Positions 49,027 to 57,994 of a stretch of 64,000 bases of DNA are shown here, piece after piece. The translations under genes and the position numbers were made by a program. Position 1 is the stretch's first letter; the number at the start of each line of letters is the position of its first letter. The DNA is from Candidatus Woesebacteria bacterium (GTDB lineage Bacteria; Patescibacteriota; Microgenomatia; UBA8517). The notes below the pieces were generated by a model. The model was not told where the DNA came from. It ran no database searches and worked only from the letters and a program-made list of their open reading frames with translations. The stretch covers positions 87,848-151,847 of the forward strand of contig DMZH01000001.1 in assembly GCA_003484955.1 (NCBI GenBank). The letters run 5' to 3'.

Positions 49027-50004
49027 ATGAAAAAACCTATTAGTAAATTCGGAACAATATTAATAATACTAATAACTGTCATTCTGGCGGGAGTTGCTAT
49101 TTTTACTGCTTACAGGCTTTTCCAACTTAGACAAGAGCCCGTGACTCCAAACGTCCCATCAAGTCTTCCTAAAGCCGCAGACGGATCAGAGGGTAGTACT
49201 TGCGGGTTTGATGAAAGTGTCGGCAAAAATATAGAGTGCGCACCAGGACTTATATGTGACATGTCCGCACCAAGTCTCGGTGGTGGAATGGGTGTGTGCC
49301 GAGCCTCAAAGAGCAGTTGTTCATTAAGTTTTACCATTGCAACCACCACCACTCCGGCACCCGTTCCGGGATTGAGCTGTACATCCAAACGCGCATGGCA
49401 GGATGATGACAGAAATAAGCCATCTGTCTATTATTTGACAAAAAGCATAAGCGCCGGGTCAGATATTACCCCAGGACAAAAATTAGTTTATTCGCTTAGT
49501 TATAAAAACACAGGAACAACTGTGGTAAATTCTGCAAGTTTTACAGACGTGCTACCAAGCCAGGTTAGTTTTCTGGACGCAGACAGCGGCTGTAGCTACA
49601 ACTCCGGTGCACGAACCGTAACATGCAGCCTAAATAACATCGCTGTTGGCTCAGCAAGCCAAAAAGCAGTTCGTGTACAAGTCTCTAATACGGCAGTCGC
49701 AGGAAGTCTTATAAACAAAGCAAGCCTTCAGGCGTCTGGAGTTGATACTTCAACATGTCAAATAGCTCTAAACGTACAAACTTCAACCAGTACACCAACC
49801 AGTTCACCCACCCCCACTTCTACCTTTACAAGCTCACCGACCATTACTCCAATCGCAACAGGCACACCAGCTCCAGGGACCGCCAGTCCGACACCGGCAC
49901 CAACTGAAGCTGCTCTTCCTGTATCCGGTACAAGCTGGCCAACTTTGATGGGAGCCGGAATTGGAATAATGGTTATCTTTGGCGCAATACTTTTAGCTCT
50001 CTAA
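49027..50004 (+). CDS. Surface protein: N-terminal anchor, DUF11-like repeat domain, S/T/P linker, C-terminal ALPVSG + TM sorting signal
   Basis: TVVNSASFTDVLPSQVSFLDADSGCSY...TVTCSLNNIAVGSASQKAVRVQV resembles the DUF11 conserved repeat. LPVSG at 49915..49929, followed by a TM. Confidence 0.55.
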   Translation: MKKPISKFGTILIILITVILAGVAIFTAYRLFQLRQEPVTPNVPSSLPKAADGSEGSTCGFDESVGKNIECAPGLICDMSAPSLGGGMGVCRASKSSCSLSFTIATTTTPAPVPGLSCTSKRAWQDDDRNKPSVYYLTKSISAGSDITPGQKLVYSLSYKNTGTTVVNSASFTDVLPSQVSFLDADSGCSYNSGARTVTCSLNNIAVGSASQKAVRVQVSNTAVAGSLINKASLQASGVDTSTCQIALNVQTSTSTPTSSPTPTSTFTSSPTITPIATGTPAPGTASPTPAPTEAALPVSGTSWPTLMGAGIGIMVIFGAILLAL

Positions 50005-50011
50005 ATTCCCT

Positions 50012-50299
50012 GTGAATAAATTTATCTCTTTGTTAACTCCGAGCATAGATTTTGTTAAAAACAACTTCGAAAAAATTATTTTAATCATAGGTTCAGTTAT
50101 CGTGCTTTATTTTGCCTACTGGATAACTTCCTATTCTTTAAAAAAATTGAAACCTGAAGTTTTTTCCTATTACCCATTTAATAAGTTTTTTCCAAAATCC
50201 GGACACTGGTCTGTTGTTTATTTTTTGATAACCATTATCCTCCTGGGGCTTTTAGTCTACATTATTACAAAGGGTGGTTTTTATCTGTCTCCTGCCTAA
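50012..50299 (+). CDS. Small two-TM membrane protein, unknown
   Basis: 95 aa with two hydrophobic segments. Last gene of the plus-strand block. Confidence 0.3.
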   Translation: MNKFISLLTPSIDFVKNNFEKIILIIGSVIVLYFAYWITSYSLKKLKPEVFSYYPFNKFFPKSGHWSVVYFLITIILLGLLVYIITKGGFYLSPA

Positions 50300-50300
50300 A

Positions 50301-52748
50301 TTATCTCCAGCTTGCTATCCAATAGTAGCTTCGGTCCAGCCAAAGAGGGATTTTTAATCCTGTCCAGTGGGGATAGAAGTAAAAAAACATTAATAGAACA
50401 ATAAGAAAGTAAGTAAATATTAACTTAGGGTTCCTGCGAAGAACGTAGCCTGTCGCGATTGCCAAAAAAGGAATTGATGGGAGGTAGTGGTACAAAAACA
50501 TGATTCTCGGAGACGCTGCCCAAGGAACAAAAAATACTAAGTAAGAGAATACGACAAGTCCAAGTTTTTTGTTTTTCTCAAGATACGCATAGACGGCACA
50601 CACGGCGACCGAGGCAATACCAAACCAAAAGACAAAGGGATTCCCCATCGCATAAATTCTGGATACCATTCCTGCTACTTCGTTACTTGTATAAAGATAA
50701 ATTGGACGAATTAAAAACGGCCAACTCCACCAGGGAGATGAATACGGATGTGTGGCCCTTAACCCGGTGTGATACCACCACATTTGCTTTTGCATTCCCC
50801 ACCAAATGGAAAGCGTGTGGCCAGTTGTAAACATGGGTAGATAACTCAAAAGGTATATTGCAAAGGGTAATATACCAAACCAAAGAATTGATAATTTAAA
50901 TTTACTCTCCCGTTTAAGCCAAAGAATAAAGATGATGGGTGCCACCCAAAGGGCAGACCATTTTGAAGACAGAGCCAGTCCATAAGACGCGGCCGACAGA
51001 AAATCCTTTTGCTTGAGAAAAAAGTAGATTGATAAAAGCGTGAAGAAAAGGACGTAGATGTCATTCATTCCCATTCTTCCGAGAACCAGAGGTAAACCGT
51101 CTAAAGAAAACGTCGCAGCAGAGATTAGTCCCACTGCCTCATCTTTAAATATCTCCTTAGCCAAGAGGTATACCAGAAAAACTGCTCCAACTCCAAGCAG
51201 TGCTCCGGGGATTCTCCAACCAAAAGAGTTTTGACCAAAAATAGTCATACCCAAAACCATTCCCAGTTTAGACAAAGGAGGATGTGTCCATTCATAGGCA
51301 AATCCTTCGGGTGGGGTATTCCACCATTCCCAAGCTTTAGCAGCGTCTTCCCCCATCATTACTTTTGCAGTAAAAGCGTGATAAACCTCATCAAAATACA
51401 TTGTTGAGGGAGACCCTAAATTGAAAACTCTTGCAATAAAAGCAAAAGCCAAAATCGCGTAAAGAATATATTTCGACTTTTCTTTTGAAAGCTTTATTTC
51501 AGGCATTTTTACTAATGTTGCCTTTTTGTTCTTTACACCATTGCTATAAACGAGTTGTTTCATTGATAGCACCACTTTTTTCCAAGAGATTCTTTTATTT
51601 TTAACGATCGAGTAAAATATAAAAAGTAAAAAGCCTATTCCGAAAATTATTAAAAATTTAATCAGAAAATCCGGAAGTATTTGAATAAAATCGTTAGTTA
51701 TCCATTGATACGAATAAACCAGATTTAAAACATAGACCACCGAAAAACCGATATAGGGTAATAAAAATACAGGATTATCGATTGCCACAATCGCAAGCGG
51801 TGCAAAGAGCGGTAAAAGATGTCGTTCATGCATTCTCGTAAAAAACATAAAACTTGCGGCAAAGACAAAGGAAAATAAATAATACGGTGAAAGCTTGTTT
51901 TTGGCAGATTTAAAACAAAGAAAGACCGCTGCCGCAAAAACCAAGACATAGCCTCCAAACTGGTAAAAGATATTGTCGGGTCTCCAAAATCCAAAAAGTC
52001 CCCAGAAATTGAACGCGTTTATGGAGGTGTAAGGATATTGATTTGCCGAAAAATTCAGACGGTTCAAAATAAATTGAATTAAATTTCCTTGCGAAAACGG
52101 TATAAATCCCAAAATAAAAATGGATAGACCCGCTAAATTATACTTAATTATTTTTGCAAAATTCCATTTGTTCATAACCATCAAAAATAAGATTATCGGT
52201 AAAATGAAGGCGGCCTGTGGTTTAATCAAAGTTCCGGCTGAAAGGACGGCTGCAGACAATAAATAATTTCTACCCAAAAAATATATTGACGCGACTGAGG
52301 CAAGCGCGGTTAAGGAATCAACCTGTCCCCAAAGTGTTGAGTTGGCCAGTATCGCAGGGTTAAAAATATAAATTATTGCCCCAATCAATCCCCATTTTTC
52401 ACTTTTGTGTTTTTCCAAAACTTTATATATCAAATAACCTGTTAAAACATCGGATAAAATCGCAGGCAGTTTATAAAGGAGAACTTCGGGGATAAGTCCC
52501 AACAAATTGATTTTTCCCAAACCCCACAGGAAATAAAGATAACCCGGCAAATAATCACTCCAACCGTTGTAAAAATTCTTAAATCCAAAACGTGCAAGGT
52601 TTGAACTCCAGGCAATAAATGTTCCTTGATCAAGCTGTAAAGTTCCGAAAAAAGAAAGTAAAATTCGGAGAGTGAGAGCAAGCAATAAAACATATACAAT
52701 ATTAGGTATGAAGAAACTGGCTTTTTTGTTTTTTATTTTAACCTTCAT
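50301..52748 (-). CDS. Double GT-C-fold membrane glycosyltransferase fusion; C-terminal half PMT/GT39-like (FDEVYHA motif)
   Basis: 815 aa with >20 predicted TM segments. C-terminal half (from ~aa 400): YFDEVYHAFTA...GMNDIY...SKWSALW is typical of protein O-mannosyltransferase-like enzymes. N-terminal half is another polytopic GT-C-like module (FNPAIL, RMHERHLLP). Confidence 0.6.
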   Translation of the reverse strand: MKVKIKNKKASFFIPNIVYVLLLALTLRILLSFFGTLQLDQGTFIAWSSNLARFGFKNFYNGWSDYLPGYLYFLWGLGKINLLGLIPEVLLYKLPAILSDVLTGYLIYKVLEKHKSEKWGLIGAIIYIFNPAILANSTLWGQVDSLTALASVASIYFLGRNYLLSAAVLSAGTLIKPQAAFILPIILFLMVMNKWNFAKIIKYNLAGLSIFILGFIPFSQGNLIQFILNRLNFSANQYPYTSINAFNFWGLFGFWRPDNIFYQFGGYVLVFAAAVFLCFKSAKNKLSPYYLFSFVFAASFMFFTRMHERHLLPLFAPLAIVAIDNPVFLLPYIGFSVVYVLNLVYSYQWITNDFIQILPDFLIKFLIIFGIGFLLFIFYSIVKNKRISWKKVVLSMKQLVYSNGVKNKKATLVKMPEIKLSKEKSKYILYAILAFAFIARVFNLGSPSTMYFDEVYHAFTAKVMMGEDAAKAWEWWNTPPEGFAYEWTHPPLSKLGMVLGMTIFGQNSFGWRIPGALLGVGAVFLVYLLAKEIFKDEAVGLISAATFSLDGLPLVLGRMGMNDIYVLFFTLLSIYFFLKQKDFLSAASYGLALSSKWSALWVAPIIFILWLKRESKFKLSILWFGILPFAIYLLSYLPMFTTGHTLSIWWGMQKQMWWYHTGLRATHPYSSPWWSWPFLIRPIYLYTSNEVAGMVSRIYAMGNPFVFWFGIASVAVCAVYAYLEKNKKLGLVVFSYLVFFVPWAASPRIMFLYHYLPSIPFLAIATGYVLRRNPKLIFTYFLIVLLMFFYFYPHWTGLKIPLWLDRSYYWIASWR

Positions 52749-53898
52749 TGTTTATCTATTTACGTCGGCAGGCCAAACACCGTATGACTATTTTACCCGA
52801 CTTTCCGATGCAATGCTCTCGGGAAAATATTATCTCACTGAAAACCCTCCCTGGCTTTCTGAGTTAATTCCTGCGGGACAAAATAAATCTTCCGGTGAAG
52901 ACATGTTCTATGTAGTTTATCCCCCAATGCCGGCAATTTTAGCAATGCCTTTCCGATTTATCCTGGGTAACAAATTCGAACAACAATATTTGGCTCACTT
53001 CTTGGGTGCAGGAATTGTTGCACTCACCATGTTAATCGCCTGGACTGTAAAGCGCGATGGTTCCCCACTAGAGCGAAAAAAAATATTAATTTGGGTGGGG
53101 CTCCTAAGTGGTTTTGGAAATATTATCTGGTTTCTGTCGGCAACCGGATCATCCTGGTATCTGGGGCAGGTGTCCTCGGCATTTTTTCTCACTTTCGCAC
53201 TTTATGAATCTTTAACTAAAAAACGATCATTTTTGGTCGGTATATTTTTTGGCGCAGCTTTTCTATCCAGAATTAATATTTTTATTTCATTACCTGTGTT
53301 CTTATACCTACTTTGGGACAAAAAATGGTTCAAAAACTATTTAAAAATTGGCCTGGGTATTTTACCTTTTCTCCTTCTTAATTTTACCTACAACTTTATA
53401 AGATTTGGTGTCGTTTGGGACAAAGCATATTTTATTCTTCCCCAAATATTGAATGAACTTAATAGACCGTGGTTTGTAAAAGGTGTGACTAATATTGCCT
53501 ACATACCAAGTAATTTAATTGCTGCCTTTTGGTCATTCCCGAAAATTCTAAACACACCTCCTTATATTGAACCCTCATGGTCATCATTGGCAATTTGGAT
53601 AACAACTCCGGCTTTTATTTTTGCTTTCTTTTCATCAATAAAAGAAAGACTGACTCGGTTTTTATGGTTATCTGTACTTCTTACTTTTCTGGTCGTCGCA
53701 ATGCATGGCGGAACCGGATGGGCACAATTCGGATATAGGTTTGCTGTAGACTTTTATCCGTTTTTATTTCTTCTGGTAATAAAGGGGGTGAGTAGAACCG
53801 GGTTGAGATGGCACCATTGGCTTCTTCTTGCGCTTTCGATTATTGTGAATCTTTGGGGAGTGCTTTGGATAAACAAGTTTGGCTGGGTAAGTTTTTAG
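52708..53898 (+). CDS. Polytopic membrane protein, putative GT-C-fold glycosyltransferase
   Basis: ~397 aa from MKKLAFLFF (the track ORF starts 36 nt earlier). Multi-TM with extracytoplasmic loop motifs, similar in architecture to ArnT/PMT-like enzymes. Family assignment is tentative. Confidence 0.45.
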   Translation: MKKLAFLFFILTFIVYLFTSAGQTPYDYFTRLSDAMLSGKYYLTENPPWLSELIPAGQNKSSGEDMFYVVYPPMPAILAMPFRFILGNKFEQQYLAHFLGAGIVALTMLIAWTVKRDGSPLERKKILIWVGLLSGFGNIIWFLSATGSSWYLGQVSSAFFLTFALYESLTKKRSFLVGIFFGAAFLSRINIFISLPVFLYLLWDKKWFKNYLKIGLGILPFLLLNFTYNFIRFGVVWDKAYFILPQILNELNRPWFVKGVTNIAYIPSNLIAAFWSFPKILNTPPYIEPSWSSLAIWITTPAFIFAFFSSIKERLTRFLWLSVLLTFLVVAMHGGTGWAQFGYRFAVDFYPFLFLLVIKGVSRTGLRWHHWLLLALSIIVNLWGVLWINKFGWVSF

Positions 53899-53899
53899 A

Positions 53900-54979
53900 A
53901 TGAATAAGATCATTTTTTACCTGATCGTTAACAGAATTATAATTCTTCTCTTGGCATTTTTTTTATCGGGGATAAGACACTTTTACAACTTTCTTTTAAC
54001 TTTTGGTGGAAGATGGGATGGCAATAGTTATACATTTTTAGCGACACACGGATATGTAATCCAAGGCCCGGAAAAAAGCTTTCTGGTTTTTCCCCCTCTA
54101 TATCCGGCATTTATCAAAATATTTTCTCTCTTCGGTCTCGATCCAATACTGAGCGGGGTAATAATTTCAAATGTCTTCTTTGTACTGGGAATGGTTGTTT
54201 TATACAAATTGGTTGAATCAACTTGGAATAAGAAAGTTGCTCTATCAACCGTAATTCTAATTTCAGTTTTCCCAACCACATACTTTTTTTCAATTGCCTA
54301 TCCTGAATCACTTTTTGTTTTTCTATTTTCTCTTTCTTTCTATTTCGCCCACAAAAAATCATTTTTACTGTCGGCTCTGATTGGAGGATTTGCAACAATG
54401 ACACGTCCTTTCGGATTGGTAATTTTTCCGTCGATTCTTGTCTTCATGCTAAATGCAAAGAGACTAAATTTAAAAAATTTATTGCTAACTGTTCTGCTTT
54501 TTACATTACCGATACTCCCTTACTTTCATATAAACTACTCACTTTTTGGTAGCCCTTTGGCTTTTACAACACTTTTAAAACAAAACTGGCAAAAAAGTTT
54601 TGATTTCCCCTGGAACGGAATTGTTTCAAGCTGGAAAAGGGGAATTTTTACAACAGATTCCTTTTCATATAAATATTTTGTGGGTTATGCTGAGGCAATC
54701 ACTTCAACCATCGCTTGGATTTTTGTTGCACTGGGAGCCAAAATGTGGAAGATCAAATCCCCATACTTTCTTTATTTATTTTTGGGAACATTCTTTTTCA
54801 CCTCGACAGGTTTTATACTAAGTGCTCCAAGATACCTTCTTTCAATCCCGCCATTTTTTATTCTTTTTGCAGAACTCATTTCAAAAAAGAGGTTTATTTT
54901 ATTTATTTTTGCACCGATTTGTTTAGGTCTTCTTTTGTGGTTTATTCACAATTTTGCATTGGGCCAGTGGGCTTTTTAA
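53900..54979 (+). CDS. GT-C mannosyltransferase, PIG-V-like (RWDG..Y..IA..GY motif)
   Basis: GGRWDGNSYTFLATHGY matches the hallmark RWDxxxYxxIAxxGY motif of the PIG-V/GT76-like family. Polytopic membrane protein. Confidence 0.6.
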   Translation: MNKIIFYLIVNRIIILLLAFFLSGIRHFYNFLLTFGGRWDGNSYTFLATHGYVIQGPEKSFLVFPPLYPAFIKIFSLFGLDPILSGVIISNVFFVLGMVVLYKLVESTWNKKVALSTVILISVFPTTYFFSIAYPESLFVFLFSLSFYFAHKKSFLLSALIGGFATMTRPFGLVIFPSILVFMLNAKRLNLKNLLLTVLLFTLPILPYFHINYSLFGSPLAFTTLLKQNWQKSFDFPWNGIVSSWKRGIFTTDSFSYKYFVGYAEAITSTIAWIFVALGAKMWKIKSPYFLYLFLGTFFFTSTGFILSAPRYLLSIPPFFILFAELISKKRFILFIFAPICLGLLLWFIHNFALGQWAF

Positions 54980-56070
54980 ATACCGAGGATTAAGGTAAAC
55001 CATTCATTGATTTCTTCCCATTTTCCGTTGCCAGCCTTTGGCGTAAAAACGTATAAATTATCGTAGGCTTTACTAATCGGAGGATTAACCAGTAAACCAT
55101 CCGGGATGAGAAATTGATTTATGTTTTTACTTCCGTCCAAAATTAATCTGATTAAAATTCCGGACGCCGGTAAATCAATATCGGTCTCAACATATTTTTT
55201 GACGATATTGAGCATTGCAGCGTCTACCTTCGGATTTAAAAGTACTTTCGGTTGAGTAATTTTTTCCTTAATCGCCCCAACTATCTTTTGCTGTCTTGAT
55301 TCTCTTGCAATATCCGTTCCTTCTGTACCTTCTGCATGACGCGATCGGACGAATTTAAGAGCAGTTCCTCCGTTCATCGTTTGGACTCCAGGGTTAAAGA
55401 TTATCGTTTCATAACGGCAGGTAAAAGTTGTGTCTCCTTCGCAGGTGTCGTTTTCGCGTCCTTCAATCGGGTAAAGTTTGTCTGTAAAACCATTCTCAAC
55501 ATTGACTTCTATTCCACCCAATGCATCAATAATGTCTCTAAAAGATGAGGAATCGATTACGGCACCATATTGAATTGGCTGCCCGACAACCTCCTCGGTA
55601 ATTTTCTTTGCAAAGGCAATCCCTCCACCAGTCTCTTGACTTGTAAAATAGGGCGTACCCTGTTTACCCCAATAATAAGCAGAGTTAATTTTTGCTCTAA
55701 TTTCGGGTATCCAAATATCTCTTGGAATAGAAATCATTTTGATCTCAGTCCTGTCCAGCGAAACCGAAACCAAAATCATTGTATCGGTCAGGTCTGCTCC
55801 GTCATGGGCTCCGCCCGATTTTCCCATTACCAAAATATTTGTTTTTCCTCCATTCGAAGCAATTTGATTCGCAGGAGAGGCAATAAAATTATAAACAGTT
55901 TTTGCTGCCAACGGAAATTTATAAACAGCAAGACCGACTCCGAAAAAGGGCACTAAAAAGAGTACCAAGATCGTCAAAAGAATTATCTTTCCCCACCTTT
56001 TTTGGTGCCTTGAAACCACAGATTCTTCCGGTCGCTCCACAAAACTACCCGTGTTAGAATGATCAAGCAT
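54976..56070 (-). CDS. LytR-CpsA-Psr (LCP) family phosphotransferase
   Basis: N-terminal TM. TNILVMGKSGG...DLTDTMILVSVSLDRTEIKMISIPRDIWIPE is the LCP core. Confidence 0.8.
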   Translation of the reverse strand: MLDHSNTGSFVERPEESVVSRHQKRWGKIILLTILVLFLVPFFGVGLAVYKFPLAAKTVYNFIASPANQIASNGGKTNILVMGKSGGAHDGADLTDTMILVSVSLDRTEIKMISIPRDIWIPEIRAKINSAYYWGKQGTPYFTSQETGGGIAFAKKITEEVVGQPIQYGAVIDSSSFRDIIDALGGIEVNVENGFTDKLYPIEGRENDTCEGDTTFTCRYETIIFNPGVQTMNGGTALKFVRSRHAEGTEGTDIARESRQQKIVGAIKEKITQPKVLLNPKVDAAMLNIVKKYVETDIDLPASGILIRLILDGSKNINQFLIPDGLLVNPPISKAYDNLYVFTPKAGNGKWEEINEWFTLILGI

Positions 56071-57994
56071 GTCAGATATTAGTATAGCTGGTTTAAACGA
56101 ACAACAAAAATTAGCAGTTACCTATACCGACGGGTCGCTTTTGGTTTTAGCAGGAGCAGGTTCCGGAAAGACTAAAGTTCTGACCCATCGTGTTGCATAT
56201 TTTATTTCAAAAGGCTTAATGAAACCTGAAAATGCTCTTCTTTTAACATTCACCAATAAAGCCGCTAACGAGATGAAAGAAAGAATTGTTAAACTCCTGA
56301 GCAATCAAACATCCGTCGCCGGCTCTCAACCATTGGCTACCACTTTTCATTCTTTTTGCGCAAAGGTCCTAAGAGTAGATGGAGAGAATATTGGAATTCC
56401 CCAAAATTTCATTATCTATGATGACCAGGACCAAAAGGAGGCAGTTAAGCAGATAATGGAAAGACTTAATATTTCAATCGAGCAGTTTAACCCTTCTTCA
56501 ATTCTCAACGGAATCAGTGAAGTCAAAAACCAAATGCTTAGTCCGGAAGAATATTTAAATTTGGTAAGAAGCGATTGGCAGGAAATTGCCGCCAAGGTTT
56601 ACTTTGAGTACGAAAAAAATCTTAAAGAAATAGGGGCACTGGATTTTGATGACCTTCTTATTAAAACAGTTAAACTTTTCAAGGAAGTCCCTCAGGTTTT
56701 GGAGAAGTGGCAAAAAAAACTTACACATATCTTTATTGATGAATGGCAGGACACAAACAAGATTCAATATATTTTGGCAAAGCTTCTTGTGGGCGGGAGT
56801 GAAAATATTACCGCGGTAGGGGATGCTTCCCAGTCTATTTATTCCTGGCGCGGAGCCGACTTCCGGAATATTAATTATCTTATGCGCGACTATCCCAATA
56901 TAAAAGTAATTAATCTTGAACAAAATTACAGATCTACGCAGAACATCCTTGACGCAGCCAACTTGGTCATATCAAAAAATACGAGTCACCCAATTCTGAA
57001 GCTTTGGACTGAAAAAGATAAGGGGTCAAAAATCAAACTATATTCAGCCAGGAACGGATTTGATGAGGCAGATTTTATTGTTTCAGAAATTCAATTTCAT
57101 AATTCTGGATACGGCGGCTTTGCTGTGCTTTATCGCACTAATGCACAATCCCGTGTTTTGGAAGAAGCATTCCTGCACGCAGGCATTCCCTATATCCTTG
57201 TTGGCGGAGTTAAATTTTACGCTAGACGCGAAATTAAAGATGTTCTGGCTTTTGTCCGACACTTTGTAAATCCTAAGGATCCTGTATCTAGAAAAAGGAT
57301 TGGAAAACTTGGCAAAACCAGGCTGAAAAAGTATGAAGAACTTGTGATAACTTGGAAAGAGAGTAATAGAAAGTTGGAAGATCTTAGTACTCTTGATATT
57401 TTAGATGAAATCATTCAAAAAACAGATTATCTTGCTCTTTTCCAGAAGGAAACCGAGGAGAATTTGGCTAGATTGGAAAACCTGAAAGAGCTGCGAAGCG
57501 TGGCAACAGAGTTTCCCAACGTTAATGAATTTTTAGAAAACGTCGCTTTGGTTGAGGCATCTCAAGATTCCAACAGACATATCACTCCCGGTGCCCAGTC
57601 GGGTGAACACGTGACTCTTATGACCCTCCACGCCGCTAAGGGTCTGGAGTTTCCGACTGTTTTTATCATAGGAATGGAGGAGGGGCTTTTCCCTCACAGT
57701 AGATCTTTGATGGACTCAAACCAGCTGGAAGAAGAACGCCGACTTGCTTACGTTGGAATTACCCGGGCTAAGGATCTTCTTTACCTAACCTACGCATCCT
57801 CCCGCCTTTATTTCGGGGAAAGAATCAGCAATCCTCCAAGCAGGTTTATTATGGACATTCCTGAGAATTTATTAGAAAACATTGGGGGAGAAAGTATAAA
57901 ACCGATCGAAGAATTTAAACTAGATTCTATAGATGATATAAAGGGGACTTTTGACGATATAATAGATAAGTATCTGCCACACAATAATGAATAA
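56069..57994 (+). CDS. pcrA: ATP-dependent DNA helicase PcrA/UvrD
   Basis: LNEQQKLAV...LVLAGAGSGKTKVLTHRVAY, TFHSFC, IFIDEWQDTN, VGDASQSIYSWRGA, YRSTQNIL and MTLHAAKGLEFPTVF. Confidence 0.9.
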   Translation: MSDISIAGLNEQQKLAVTYTDGSLLVLAGAGSGKTKVLTHRVAYFISKGLMKPENALLLTFTNKAANEMKERIVKLLSNQTSVAGSQPLATTFHSFCAKVLRVDGENIGIPQNFIIYDDQDQKEAVKQIMERLNISIEQFNPSSILNGISEVKNQMLSPEEYLNLVRSDWQEIAAKVYFEYEKNLKEIGALDFDDLLIKTVKLFKEVPQVLEKWQKKLTHIFIDEWQDTNKIQYILAKLLVGGSENITAVGDASQSIYSWRGADFRNINYLMRDYPNIKVINLEQNYRSTQNILDAANLVISKNTSHPILKLWTEKDKGSKIKLYSARNGFDEADFIVSEIQFHNSGYGGFAVLYRTNAQSRVLEEAFLHAGIPYILVGGVKFYARREIKDVLAFVRHFVNPKDPVSRKRIGKLGKTRLKKYEELVITWKESNRKLEDLSTLDILDEIIQKTDYLALFQKETEENLARLENLKELRSVATEFPNVNEFLENVALVEASQDSNRHITPGAQSGEHVTLMTLHAAKGLEFPTVFIIGMEEGLFPHSRSLMDSNQLEEERRLAYVGITRAKDLLYLTYASSRLYFGERISNPPSRFIMDIPENLLENIGGESIKPIEEFKLDSIDDIKGTFDDIIDKYLPHNNE

